A stretch of DNA of 64,000 nucleotides. Origin: Eledone cirrhosa (Eukaryota). The notes under the pieces were generated by a model. That model saw only the letters and a program-made list of their open reading frames with translations, was not told where the DNA came from and made no database searches. Location: positions 28,396,001 through 28,460,000 of the forward strand of contig OZ024742.1 in the NCBI GenBank assembly GCA_964016885.1. The letters run 5' to 3'. Below, one piece after another: positions 42,383 to 58,427 of the stretch (positions are counted from its first letter, which is position 1; the number at the start of each line of letters is the position of its first letter). A program made the translations under genes and the position numbers.

Positions 42383-42819
42383 ATATATATGTATATATAT
42401 AGACATACATACACATATATATGTATATATATATATACAGATAGATATAGTGAGGAAGAGGTATAGAGAGAGAGAGCAAAAGAAAAAGTAGAGACAGATA
42501 GAAAGAGATAGGAAGATTAGAAGAATGAAAAAGTGATATAGAGTGAAAAAGGCGAGAGATTAAGAATGGGAATTGAATGGAAACGGTGAGAAAAATCAAT
42601 TATATTAAACACATGATTATTTCATCAATCTAAAATAGTTTGGTGTGTATATATATATATATATATGTAAAAGTTCTATTTTAATTGTTGGGATACAACA
42701 AGCAAATATTTTTATAACTGATATAAAGCACTCAACAAATATTTGGAGTAAAAATACAATATTAACAAATGGAAGGTATATTTATAAAACCATATTTATT
42801 TCATATTTATATATATATA

Positions 42820-43153
42820 TATCATCATCATCATTTTACGTCCACTTTTCCCTGCTTGCAAAGGTGCGACGGGAACTGATTCTGGCTTGATTTCTACAGC
42901 TGGATGCCCTTCCTAACACCAACCTCATTTACAGTGAGTGGTGGTGCTTTTTTGCCGTGGCACCTCCACGACCACTTTGCAGTGGAATGATATGGACCCC
43001 AGTCCCTATCATCTCATTTCTACAGCTGAGTAAACTGGAGCAATGTGAAATAAAGTGTCTTGCTCAAGGAAACAACACATCACCCGGTCTGAGAATTGAA
43101 CTCACAACCTTTCAATTGCAAGGCCAATGCTCTAACCACTAAGCCATGTGCCT

Positions 43154-43157
<4 letters not shown>
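42820..43157 (-). mobile_element. SINE family A, full length, between TA-rich tracts
   Basis: Homology to 12224-12609. Confidence 0.9.
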
Positions 43158-43221
<64 letters not shown>

Positions 43222-43242
43222 TGATGATGATGATGATGATGA

Positions 43243-43300
<58 letters not shown>

Positions 43301-44032
43301 ATGATGATGATGATGATGATATATATATATATATATATATATATACGTGTGTATGCCTGTATCTTTTTAAGCTAGAGCTACATATATATGTATATAAACA
43401 TATATACATATATATAAACACACACTCACACACATACATACATATAAACATATATATATTTATATATATACAAACACACACATATAAACGCACCTCCACA
43501 CACTTATATATATACATGTATATATATATATATATGTATATATAAACACACACACACGCACATATATATAAACACACAGACACATATATATATAAACACA
43601 CACACATATGCTAGCGTGGAAAATGGACGTTAAACGAAGATGATGATGATGATACAAACATATACAATAACTTGTGTATATATATATATACACAAACATA
43701 TACAATAACTTGTGTATATATATATATATACACACAAACATATATAATTACTTTCAAGAAAGAAGTAATAAATTAAAGGTTTGTTTGTAGTGATGTTGTT
43801 GCTCTCATTGCTGCATTTTTTACATTTCCTTTGCAACCCCAACCCCCACCAAACCCTCCGACAATCCACCCTCCCACTACCCCCTCCTTAAACTTCTCTG
43901 CCTCTTGGCCAAAAAAATTTACGGCTAACAAACAACAAATATAAATAAACCCCCTTACACCCCCATCAGCTTTCATAGGAATGAGCAGGTAAAACTAACG
44001 TACCAAGGTATACAAATGGTAATAATAATAAC

Positions 44033-44660
44033 ATTCTGAGTTCAAATCCCGCCAAGGATAACTTTGCCTTTCATCCTTAGAGGGTCGATAAAATAAAATA
44101 CCAGTAATGCACTGGTTAAATTTGCTGGCCTTGTGCCAAAAGTAGAAACAATTATTGTTATTATTATCCCGTCAAGGTTAGCTTTTCCTTTCATCATTGC
44201 AGGGTCAATAAAACAAAGTACCAGTAACACACTGGAGTCAATTTAATCGACTTTCCCCTCCCTTTCAAATTGCTGGCCTTGTGCCTAAATGAGAAACTAT
44301 TATTATTATGATTCTGCCAAGGTTAGCTTTGCTTTTCATCATTGCGGGGTCAATAAAATAAAGTACCAGTAACACACTGGGGTCGATTTAATCGACTTTC
44401 ACCATCCCTTAAAATGTGTTGGCCTTGTGACTAAATTAGAAACCATTATTATTATTAAAGGGCAGTGGATTGGCAGTATCAGTAGAGGGTCGGACGCCAT
44501 GCTTTCTAGCATAGAGTTATGTCCCTTTATGGACTGAGTTCAAATCCCTCTGAGGTTAACTTTGCCTTATCTCCTTACAGGGTCGATAAAATAAAGTACC
44601 AGTAATGTACTGGGATAATTGCTGGCCTTGTGCCAAAAGTAGAAACAATTATTATTATTA
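44033..44660 (+). mobile_element. Four SINE B-type copies in tandem, each following the (ATT)n tail of the previous one
   Basis: Repeated gggtcgataaaataaagtaccag...gaaac(att)n units. Confidence 0.85.
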
Positions 44661-45164
44661 TTAAAATATAACTAAATTTCCACCATATAATATCCCAAAT
44701 TGAGGTGAAAACCACATTGAGTAAAGTAAGGCTTTTGCCTTGAATTATCAAAGGTTGTCTTCCCTTCATTTGTTCAGGAATATTTTGTTATTTTCATTGT
44801 TTTTATTGATTTTGACCCTTTTTTTATTATTCAATATAAACCCCATTTTGTGTCCTAGAAATCATTATTGTTGTTGTTGTTGTTAATATAATTTTCTTTG
44901 GAAAAAAATGAATACTCATTCACAAAAAAGCACAAAATAAAATAAAATAATTTGATGAAAATTGAATTTGGATTGAAGAAAAAGTTCAATTGTGTTCATA
45001 TATTGGCTATACAAGAATTTGTATTGGTTAACAGAATGCAGATGCTTCCTGAATACAGGTTTCTTTGGAATTACCATTTCAAATGATAGATGTGATGATG
45101 CAATTTGCTTATTCTTATGATTGATACTATCACTGTTTGCCCCTCATAGCAAACAAAATAAATA

Positions 45165-45790
45165 TTATTATTATTATTAATATTATTATTGTTTGAAACT
45201 TCCTTTGAATTCTGCTTCTTTCCCAAATCTTGCCAAGTGTCAATGTGACACCAGAGGCAAAATTTGGTAATAAACACATTTTACAATCGATTGTCATACA
45301 AATGATGCCACAAGAGCACAAACAACAGCAAATGTCTTTGAGAGGTTTTTAAATTGAGAATGCTGCCCTTCTCAGGACATGAACAGTGCCAGTCTGCACT
45401 ATTTTCTGTATCTCTAGCTGAGATTATTTCCAGGTATCTGGTCCAAATACTTTTCAGTTCCTTTTTTATCACTGCAAGTGGACTGACTATCATTGGTATT
45501 GTACAAGCTTTAAGATACCAGATTTTCTCAATTTTAATTCATAGATCTTTATATTTACTGAGCTTTCTGAACTCTTTTGAGGAGGTGTTACGATCTGATA
45601 GAATGCTCATGTCAATTAAGAAATATGTTTTCTCTTTATGGTCCTTCATAATTCTATCAGGTCTGTTGACCATGATTGTTCTGCTGGTATCACAGGGAAA
45701 TCCCATAGGATTGTCATGTTCTCACCTCCTGTTACTGCATCGGGGTGATAGCTGTACCATTTCCCCTCCCCATTTCCAGACCATAAAACC
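45165..45790 (-). mobile_element. R4/Dong-like non-LTR element 3' end (restriction-like endonuclease), degenerate, ending in (TAA)n
   Basis: WYSYHPDAV...ILWDF...NRPD...FLID...DRN...KLSKYKDL...W read across frameshifts. Confidence 0.75.
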
Positions 45791-46607
45791 TGTATATTAC
45801 TCACTATCATCATCATCATCATCATCATTTAATCTCCATTGTTTCCATGCTAGCATGGGTTAGACGAGGTGTCAGATTGTGAAAGTCACATCAGATGACT
45901 TTCATGCTTACAGTTCAATTTATTAGTAAAATTATTAGAACACCAGATAAAATATCTTACAATGTTTGATTAAGCTCTTTATGTTCTGAGTTCAAATCCC
46001 ACCCTGGTCAACTTTATTTTTCACCCTCCCAATATCAACTACATCACTCATCTACTCTAAAATTAAGGCTTAACACTTACATCCTATAATGATTTATTTG
46101 AAAATATCTAACAATAGGTTTGTTAATTCAAATGTTTATAGTATCTTTCCTAATGGTTAGATCATTGGAAAAAATTGCAGTAAACTTTAATTAAACTTGC
46201 AGTAGACTTTAATTTTTAATGTGAAGCAGTCTTGATACTGTTTTTTACGTTTCAAGAATGTGTTGCTAATGCGGTTTCGTGTGGTACAGGATATTAAGAG
46301 TTAAGAATTGGACCATTGGATAAAATACGTTTCTATATTTACTTACAGCCTAGGTTCAAATCTTATGTAGGTAGATTTTGCTGTGTCAATAAAATAAATA
46401 CAAGTTGAGTACTGAGCTCAGTTTTAAAATGTAATTCTAACTTTCTAACAAAACTAAAACAAGAAAGATTAAATCTTTCTGAAGTAAGTTAATTCACCAA
46501 GCATGTTCTGTAATTATCAGACTAAAATATAATTTTGTATTCAGAGATCTTCTGTGATTTGGTATTTCCCATTGAGATGCTGTAAAATGAAGGACTAAAA
46601 TGTATTC

Positions 46608-47067
46608 GGCGATGTATTTGTTTTGCAAGGTTTTTGATAAGAAAACCTTGCCTGAACAGAAAACATGAGTGGAATAGCAACAAGCATAAACACACACTAG
46701 TGACCAAAGATAGAATATAAACACATAAACACACGCAGACTCAGACGAACATAAGAGCACACACTAAACAGAATACATGCACACAAACACATGCCCAAAC
46801 AGAGACAACCCCAAAACACATTATAGAAACACAACGGGAGGAAACACAGTGATAATCACTGAAGATGTTGCAGAAATATGTGACAAAAGAACTTTGAGAA
46901 GTTATATTTATATTTATATTTTTAACAGTTGGTCAATCAATGATTAACATTGATTGCCAACTAAATTATTTATAAAAATATATTGAAGCAAAAACCAAAC
47001 CAAACCAAACTGAGTATTTTTTACTATTTTTTGGCAATATTAGAACAACATGACCCTCCCCAAATGA
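46608..47067 (+). mobile_element. Heavily 5'-truncated PLE: short inverted tail, ORF end (LNRKHEWN), hammerhead motif, pLTR tail; TSD of about 12 bp
   Basis: TSD taaaatgtattc 46596-46607 / taaaatatattc 47068-47079; tail homologous to 1067-1277. Confidence 0.7.
46856..46897 (+). ncRNA. Minimal type-I hammerhead motif in the PLE pLTR (GAAA reads AAAA)
   Basis: tca CTGAAGA t GTTGCA gaaata TGTGAC aAAA GaaC TT tga. Confidence 0.55.
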
Positions 47068-48624
47068 TAAAATATATTCTCTTGAACAAAATGAGCATCA
47101 TACTCTCAAGAGAATCTGAATCTTTTTCTTTGCTCACTTATTCTTGAAAGAGTTGTGGAGGCAGAGTTCTGAAACACTCCTTCCAGCGGGTTCTGTCAGA
47201 AGCATCTGTGTCCAACTGGTTGGCAGATAGTTCAGCCCAATCAGTTTTGACTCAGAAAATATTTGATCAAACCTATTCCAGATATAGGCAGCTAATTGGC
47301 AGAGTTGTTAGAACATTAGATAGGATGCTCTGTGGTATTTGTTCCACCTCTCTTCTTTCGGAGTTCAAATCCTGCCAATGTCAACTTTGTCTTTTATCCT
47401 TTTGAGGTCTATAACAAAAGTAACTGTCCAATATTGGGATCAATTCTTCCTCAATATCTCTTTCTCACTTCTTCTCTATCACTCTTAAACCTTCCCTGAA
47501 AGAAAGCTGCTGTGTTCAGGCCTGGAGAGGGATGGGCTCTGCCAAGCTTAAAATGGCTTAGAAAAGAGTCTGAACACATACAACAAAGAATTCTATCTAA
47601 AATTAAAATGTGTTTAAAACACTGTATGCCACTACAGTGCTGCGACGACTCCATCAAAAGTTATGGAACCATATATACTATACATTTCAGCCATAAAAAA
47701 CCCAATTAGATTTAGACATTGTATAACTGGGACTACATTCTCCAATATCTCCTTCATTCCTGTTTTAACCTTTTAGCATTTGCATTACTCTACTATTGTA
47801 TTTTTGCAGTAAAGGCTTCATCTGACATAATTATCTCATATAATATCAGATCTATGAGATTTTGATGATGCTATTATTTATTTTGAGAACAATACCTTCA
47901 CGTCAGTATGAGTGGCCAGTTATGGCTGGTTTAAACAGAAAGAGGTGAGAGAATTCTGGCCAGATAGCACCGTTTAAATGGTAAAGGGTTAAGACAATAT
48001 GCTGTTATTTATTGAGGATTTGGTGGTCATTTCTAACAAATCAACTGACTAAGTGGAGGGTCCACCATTGACTCAAGTACTTTCAGCTGACTACCCACCA
48101 CCTTGTCAACAGAAATATTAGCTGCTTTCATTAGAATTACTTGTAAAAAAAAATCACTAATTCAAAATAGACGAAATATCACCACTAATGATGACCAATT
48201 ATCGTGCAGCTTATATATTTACATAACTGACGTCATATCTGTTAATTACCCACAAAATCTAATCACGTTTGTTGATTACCAAACATTAACTACAAACTAG
48301 AACTCTCAGAGCAATTCTCCTAACCATTTTTTTTATACACATATTTTCTATATTTTTCTGTTTATTTTCATATATATTTTTACATGTTTTTCTTTCACTC
48401 TCTCTCTCTCCATTTACATCTCACTCTCTCTCACTCTCACTGTCTATCTTCTTCCAGCTCTCTATCTCTCTTTGTTTTTTCTCACACTATACCTCCATTT
48501 ACACCTCACTCACTCTCTCTTTTCCCCTCATTATCTCTATAACTCCCTCCATCTCTCTCTCACACTACCACTCTAATTTGAATCCTCCCTCTCTCGCATC
48601 TATTACTCAAGTTGCTTCCAACTC

Positions 48625-48900
48625 TTTCTATCCATCTCTTTATCTATAATACTATCTCTTTATCTAACATACTATCTCTTTATCTATCATACTATCTCTT
48701 TATCTATAATACTATCTCTTTATCTAACATACTACCTCTTTATCTAACATACTATCTCTTTATCTATCATACTATCTCTTTATCTATCATACTATCTCTT
48801 TATCTATAATACTATCTCTTTATCTAACATACTATCTCTTTATCTATCATACTATCTCTTTATCTATCATACTATCTCTTTATCTAACATACTACCTATC
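48625..48900. repeat. 20-bp minisatellite (actatctctttatctatcat)
   Basis: About 13 copies. Confidence 0.95.
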
Positions 48901-49118
48901 CCTCCCTCTCTCCCTATCCACCCCTCTCTCTCTCTCTATATATATATATATATTACATTAACGTACTAACTCCCTAGCGTCTCCCATCCCTCCATCCATA
49001 TCTATCTATCTATCTATCTATCTAATTCCCTATCTCACACTACCCCCCCCCCCCCAGTTCCTTCCATCTCCATCTGTTTGTCTGTCTCTCTCTACAAAAT
49101 TGCTCTCTGCGGACTTAC

Positions 49119-49170
49119 TGAAACGTTATGCCTGCCATTTGTAAAGAAATAATATAAAAAAATATCCTAG
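49119..49170 (-). other. Candidate 52-nt exon containing an ATG (MAGITF...)
   Basis: Minus strand: long pyrimidine tract plus ttactttag| ... acaaATGGCAGGCATAACGTTTCA|gtaagt. Confidence 0.35.
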
Positions 49171-49736
49171 CTAAAGTAAAAAAAAAAGGAAAATAAACAA
49201 AAAAATAATTGATAAATCCTGAAGTATAAATGATATAAGATGAAAGAAGAAAAGAAGGAAAGAAAGAAAGATGAACAGCAAACAAACAAACATGGAAAGG
49301 GGGGGGGTTGTGGAGTGAGGGATGGATGCAGAGAAAAATAATTTGTTCAGTTGGTACTTGCTAGAAGGAATTGGGAAGGAAGAGAAGGAGAACAATGAGA
49401 GAGAGAGAAATTAAAGAAAATGAGTGAAAAGTAAATTCTAGAAAAAAAAGAAAAACCAGCAGAACTATATCAATGAATATTTTTCCACAATGTTAAGGAC
49501 GTTCTCCATTTCAACTTCTCCAGTTTTTAAACTACAGCAAAGTAGCTGTTGTGGTGGTATATATATATATGTGAGTGTATATATATATATATAAATGTAT
49601 GTATATATATATATATGTGTGTGTATATATATATATATATACACACACATATATATATAAATGTATATATATATATACACACACACACATATATATGTAT
49701 ATATATACACACACACACACATATATGTATATATAT

Positions 49737-49787
<51 letters not shown>

Positions 49788-49797
49788 TATATATATA

Positions 49798-49874
49798 CAG
49801 GGTGTCCCCAAAAATGTATACATATTTCAACAGCATTCTAATAAATGTGTGTGTACATTTTTGGGGACACCCTG
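49798..49874. mobile_element. 77-bp Tc1/mariner micro-MITE in (TA)n
   Basis: TA|cagggtgtccccaaaaatgta ... tacatttttggggacaccctg|TA. Confidence 0.85.
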
Positions 49875-50119
49875 TATATATATATATACATACATATACA
49901 GCAAAGTAGAAGTTGTGGTATATATACATATATATATATATATATATTTATAAACTATGTGAAGCTGATATGAAATCCAAGAGTAACAATATGGTAACTT
50001 GGACTTGAGGCAAATTTACAAAATATAGAAGAGTACAGATTCTAGTTTCATAGATAATATTTGCTTAAGTAATTCCTTCTATTGTTCTTTTAAAGCTGCT
50101 TTGGATTTGGTTATACACT

Positions 50120-50800
50120 GTGTACTGGTGTGTGTGTGTCTATATAAGGCTAGTTGTGTGTCTTGGTGTGTGTGTGTTTCTTGGTGTGTGTGTCTTGGTG
50201 TGTGTGTGTCTATATAAGGCTGGTTGTGTGTCTTGGTGTGTGTGTGTTTCTTGGTGTGTGTGTGTCTATATAAGGCTGGTTGTGTGTCTTGGTGTGTGTG
50301 TGTTTCTTGGTGTGTGTGTCTTGGTGTGTGTGTGTCTATATAAGGCTGGTTGTGTGTCTTGGTGCATGTGTGTGTGTGTGTGTGTGTGTATAAGGCTGAT
50401 TGTGTCTATTGCTGTATGTGTGTGTGTGTGTGTGTATGTTTGTGTGTGTCTTGGTGTGTCTATATAGGTTGGTTGTGTGTGTGTCTTGGTGTGTCTATAT
50501 AAGGCTGGTTGTGTCTATTGCTGTATATGTGTGTGTGTGTGTCTTGGTATGTCTATATAAGGCTGGTTGTGTGTGTGTGTGTATGTGTGTCTTGGTGTGT
50601 CTATATAAGGCTGGTTGTGTCTATTGCTGTATGTGTGTGTGTGTGTATGTGTCTTGGTGTGTCTATATAAGGCTAGTTGTGTGTGTGTGTGTGTGTCTTT
50701 GTGTATTGCTGTGTGTGTCTCTTGGTGTGTCTATATAAGGCTGGTTGTGTGTGTATGTGTCTTGGTGTGTGTGTGTGTGTATGTGTATTGGTGTGTGTGT
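50120..50800. repeat. Compound minisatellite (gtctatataaggctggttgtgtgtcttggt plus (GT)n)
   Basis: Direct inspection. Confidence 0.9.
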
Positions 50801-51261
50801 GTGTGTGTGTGTGTGTGGCTGGTTCATGAGTCTTGCTGTGTGTGTGTATGTGTGTAATGGCTGTTTGAAATGTTCTGCTCTTTATATATATATACATATG
50901 GTAGGTAGATGTGTTGTGGTGTGTTTTGTGGTTCACTGGTATGTTCTGATATATATGTTGGTGTGTGTGTGTGTCTGTGTGTGTGTGTATGTGTATGTGT
51001 GTGTATGAGTGTGTATGAGTGTGTATGAGTGTGTGTGTGTGTATGGTGTTGTAATGGTGCTATCTGGTGTGTGTGTGTATGTGTGTGTGAGAGTATTCTA
51101 ATGTGTTATCCACATGTGACAGTGTGTACGTGTTTACACACGTGTGCTATGTGTTTTAGAGTGTTCTAAGGAAACATTATGTGTACAAATATGATCGTGT
51201 GTGTGTGAATATTGATGTGTTCTGTTGTGTGTGTATGTGTGTAGTGATGTGCCCTGCTTTT

Positions 51262-51311
<50 letters not shown>

Positions 51312-51674
51312 GATGTGCTCTGTTGTGTGTGTGACTTGTGCATTCTGGGATGTGGTACCAGTATCCACACAAGTGTGTGTGTGTGTCATTGGTGTGTTCT
51401 AAGGTGTGTAGCCAGTGTGTCATTGGTGTGTTCTAAGGTGTGTAGCCAGTGTGTGGCTATATGTGTTAGCGTGCTGTTGATGTCTCAAAAGTGTTGTTAT
51501 GTGTGTACTGGAATGTGTGTTGTTGTGTTGATGTGGGTGTGTATTGGTACGTTGCTGTTGTGTGAGTGTGTGTGTGTGTTGATGTATTCTAGGGTGTGTA
51601 CCACTATCTACCAGTGTGTCTTGATGTGTGTTGTTGTGTCAATGATGTGTTCTGTATGTGTAGTGGTAAATGTG

Positions 51675-52430
51675 TTGGTGTGTTATTAGTGTGTTCTCAA
51701 TATGTAGTGCTGTGTATATATGCACTGGTGTGTTATTAGTGTGTTCTAGGGTGTGTTCTCAATATGTAGTGCTGTGTATATATATATATGCACTGGTGTG
51801 TTATTAGTGTGTTCTAGGGTGTATTCTCAATATGAAGTGCTGTATATATATATATGCACTGGTGTGTTATTAATGTGTTCTAGGGTGTGTTCTCAATATG
51901 TAGTGCTGTGTATATATATATGCACTGGTGTGTTATTAGTGTGTTCTAGGGTGTATTCTCAATATGAAGTGCTGTATATATATATATGCACTGGTGTGTT
52001 ATTAATGTGTTCTAGGGTGTGTTCTCAATATGTAGTGCTGTGTATATATATATGCACTGGTGTGTTATTAGTGTGTTCTAGGGTGTGTTCTCAATATGTA
52101 GTGCTGTGTATATATATATATGCACTGGTGTGTTATTAGTGTGTTCTAGGGTGTGTTCTCAATATTTAATTGTTTCTACTTTAGGCACAAGGCCAGCAAT
52201 TACCCAGTGCATTACTGGTACTTTATTTTATCGACCCCGTAAGGATGAAAGGCAAAGTCAACCTCGGCGGGATTTGAACTCAGATTGTAAAGGGACGTAA
52301 CTATGCTGGAAAGCATGGCATCCGACCCTCAACCGATTGCTGTGTATATATATATGCACTGGTGTGTTATTAGTGTGTTCTCAATATTTAATGCTGTGTA
52401 TATATATATATGCACAGGTGTGTTATTAGT
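51675..52430. repeat. Minisatellite of about 60 bp with a SINE B insertion (- about 52170-52336)
   Basis: gcactggtgtgttattagtgtgttctagggtgtgttctcaatatgtagtgctg units. Confidence 0.9.
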
Positions 52431-52991
52431 GTTCGTGTGTGTGTTGGTGTGTTATTAGTGTGTCCTTAATGTGTAGTCATGTATATATATATATATGTGT
52501 GTTGGTGTGTTATTAGTGTGTTCTAGGATGTGTACTCAATATGTTGTGGTATACATATATATATATGTGTGTGTATGTGTTGGTGTGTTATTAGTGTGTT
52601 CTTGGCTGAGTACTCAATATGTTGTGGTGTGTATATATATAAATATATATGTATGTATGTATATTGGTCTGTTGTTAGTGGCATTGGTGGAGATCGAAGA
52701 ACATTCATCATTTTTCGGTTCGTATTTTTAGTTTTCTACATAAATGATTTTTTTTTTCATTCCAGCAAAATTTTTTGTTTGTTTATATGAATATGTGTTT
52801 GTTTTCTTTGCTTTCTTTATTTCTTGTTATTTATTCCCAGGAAAGACATTATCATATTCTATGAAAGACCTAAAGGGGTAGGAATACAATGATATATGTA
52901 TATACATAACTGGTGATATATATAGACACACACATATTCATATACAAATATATATATATGTGCCTGTGTGTGTTTCTGTGAAAGAATATAT

Positions 52992-53042
<51 letters not shown>

Positions 53043-53628
53043 CATCTATATGAAAAAACATATATATGAAAACAAATCTCAGTTTTTTTTCTATATCAAC
53101 AAAGGTGGTTTGTTTGTATTTGGTGTGAGGCAGTGTGGTAGGGTGTGGTTGCATAGTTTGATGTAAGTGTGGTGCGGTAAGGTGCTGCATGGTTTGGTGT
53201 GATGTGACGGTGAGGGCAAGACACAGGAGGATTCGTATTTCTCTAATAAATATGATTCAGTTATATTAACGAAATCTAGATATTTCTAAAGAAGAAGCTA
53301 TTTGATACAATACATGATTCTCTTTCTACTTCCACCCTACCCACACCCTTGACACCCACCCACCTAACTGCTCTCTAACCCTTAAACACATACCATACCT
53401 CTTTCACCACCACCACCACTGCCCCTTGCTTTATATAAGAAGAAACAATGACTAGCGTTAGATATTATATATAACAAATAAATAAATCTTCTCCACTCAC
53501 ATATATACATAATATATATATATATATATATAATATATGATATATATATATGTATATGTATATATATATATTCGTCTAACCCATGCTAGTGTGGAAGAAT
53601 GAACATAAAACGGTGATGATGATGATGA

Positions 53629-53666
<38 letters not shown>

Positions 53667-53767
53667 TCATGATTTTACGTCCACTTTTCCCTGCTTGTAA
53701 GGGTTGGACGGGTCCTATTCAGCACAGCATCTCTCCACTGAGAGAGAGACATAGAGAGAGAGAGAGA

Positions 53768-53806
<39 letters not shown>

Positions 53807-53941
53807 TGCAGTACTGAGTCCAGTGAAACCACAAATCGGGAGTGAACTCTATGCAAGGGAAAATGCAGAATACATATTGAAAGGGCATGTCCGAATACAA
53901 ACTGAAACCAATAGGCATCGCACTTGGGTTTTCACCTTCAT

Positions 53942-53999
<58 letters not shown>

Positions 54000-54002
<3 letters not shown>

Positions 54003-54880
54003 GGTGCGGACGATATTTGTTCCCAATTTTCAACTGCTAATTTTATGTAAATTTTTTTTACTTCCGTTGTCACTCTTGTCTTCATAAAAACAGTGACTAT
54101 ATTTTCATTATTTATTTTCAGAATAATTGATTATGAATAATTTTGAGCATCCAAATTTGTGGAACAGACACGGAGTTCTTCTTGTTATCCATGCCGGGAG
54201 GATAAATAAGGAAATTTCAGACTTTCTCAGAACAACAGGTGGCTCGCTGTCTCATCCAAAAACATGCCCCGAGTCATGCAGACAAAGTTTCCAGCGACAA
54301 CATTGGTCTCAAGTGTCGTCAGCAGTCAATGTGCCACCTCACTTCTTCCCTGAGGGCCTCAAGCTGAACACCGATGGCTACATCCACATTCTGAGCGAGG
54401 TAGTAAAGCCCTGGATTGCACAGGTAGCTGCAGGTAGGCCGTACATGTGGCAGCAAGACTCAGCGTCCTGCCATACCTGCCAAAAGACCCAAGCCTGGCT
54501 GTCAGAGAACTTCGTGGACCACACTTCACCTGACATCTGGCCTCCCAGCTCGCCTGACTCCAACCCACTCGACTTCTTTGTGTGAGGCACAGGGGAATGA
54601 GACACCAACAGATCTAGCTGCAATACGAAAGATGATCTGAAGGCCAGGATCACAATTGCCTTTAGGGGCCTAAGTCGGGGGACAGTGACAAAGGCCTGTA
54701 GCCGGTTCCAAGGCCACCTTGAGGCCGTCATCAAAGCCAATGGCGGGTTTATCGAGTGAGATCGAAAGAAGAAGTCATGAAGACAAACTGACCCAAGTTT
54801 GATAAATATATCTTAAAAAATAAAACTACTGTGTTATTTTTTCCTAGACAGTAATCTTGCGAACAAATATCATCCGCACC

Positions 54881-54883
<3 letters not shown>
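54000..54883 (+). mobile_element. Internally deleted DD37D (maT/mori-type) Tc1/mariner transposon with TIRs, inserted in (TA)n
   Basis: TIR agggtgcggacgatatttgttc / gaacaaatatcatccgcaccctg; QNNRWLA...TKFPA, WQQD-x37-D (WPPSSPDSNPLD); HTH and first Asp missing; frameshift and stop present. Confidence 0.9.
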
Positions 54884-54938
<55 letters not shown>

Positions 54939-55292
54939 TCTAAACCCATGCTAGCGTGGAGGATAGACGTTAAACGATGATGGTGATATATATATATATA
55001 TATCATCCTTTTATGTCTGTTTTCCATTCATGGGTTAAACAGGTTATCATGTTCGAAGGTTAGACAGGTTAGGTAACTGCATCTTGCTCATATGTTACCT
55101 TTTGGCCTGGTTTCTATGGCTGGCTGGCTACACTTTATAATACCCACCACTTGCACACCATGTACTAGGTATGTTTTATCATGGCATCAGTACTGCCGCC
55201 TTTCAATGCAAAGGTTGTCATTGTGTCTGGGATGGGAAGACAGTGATAAGAGTTGGAGTATGACAATGGAAGAAAACATGTTGCTGAAGGTG

Positions 55293-55342
<50 letters not shown>

Positions 55343-55501
55343 GTATGAAACTTTTTTTTAGACTAAATAAGCTCTCTTCCAACAAATCAAGAACTGTTTT
55401 CCTCGATCTTTCATCTACAGATTTATACCAAAACATATATATATATCCCACCCTTGCAAGCAGCGAAGAGCAGACATAAAATGATGATAATGATGCTGAG
55501 G

Positions 55502-57574
<2,073 letters not shown>

Positions 57575-57627
57575 GAAGTATAATTGTGAAGTACACAGTA
57601 GATATTTGAAAATTTTTTATTCATAAA

Positions 57628-57708
57628 GCTCTGATATATATTTCAATGGCATTCATCGTTACATGATGCTTTGATCACACAACCAGTGATGCTACATCAT
57701 CAGACAGC
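57628..57708 (-). ncRNA. Type-I hammerhead ribozyme motif, intact core, 36-nt stem-II loop
   Basis: Minus strand: gctgt CTGATGA t GTAGCAT [36 nt] ATGCCAT t GAAA tatata TC agagc; AATAAA 6 nt downstream; one mismatch each in stems I and II. Confidence 0.65.
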
Positions 57709-58427
57709 ATCTTAGGCATTAAGGTTACATTGCTGAAGTAATACACACTAAAGACAAGGGAATGGACTAATGTGATATTTTCACAGCTGAGGTTGTTTCC
57801 CTTGTGATCTTTACTTCCACTCTACAATTGTAGGTATGTGGTGTGGTGTTACAAACAAGAGAAGGAAAACACAATACATAGATCAGAGTATCTAAAGTTT
57901 TATTAGTTAACATTGCATTAAGAGGGACTCAAATGCCTAGAGACTTGTGTCAAGACATGAAATTATTGACCCTTAAACCAGGCCTATAAAATTCAGGTAA
58001 TAAAATATTCATTTATTTACATTTATTTACAAGTTTTTGCTTGCTTGTATATATATTAATGTTTAGGGCATTCAATGATAGCTTTGTATTTGTTCTGGGT
58101 GTTACTGTGTTTAGATGTGCGTTTGATAGTCCTACTTGCTTCTTTGTGTGTATATATATATATATATCCCTATTATAGGTCGACTTTGCTTGGCCACAGC
58201 CAAAGCTTTGATTTTACTAAGCTTCTACTTGTATTATTTTCTCCTAGACTTAATAATTAATTAATTAATTTAATTAAACAAATCTGTTGATTGGTTAATT
58301 ATTGTTTAGTAACGTCTGGTTGAGAGCTTTTATTCGGAATGTTGAGTGGAAATTATAATATTTCCCTTGTTAACACTTTGAATTTACCCGCCAAAAACCG
58401 GGGGTTGCTTCCCTTGTTAGAAATAAC

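Noticed and set aside
45354-45863. 169-aa hydrophobic plus-strand ORF
   Set aside because: Antisense shadow of the R4/Dong-like endonuclease.
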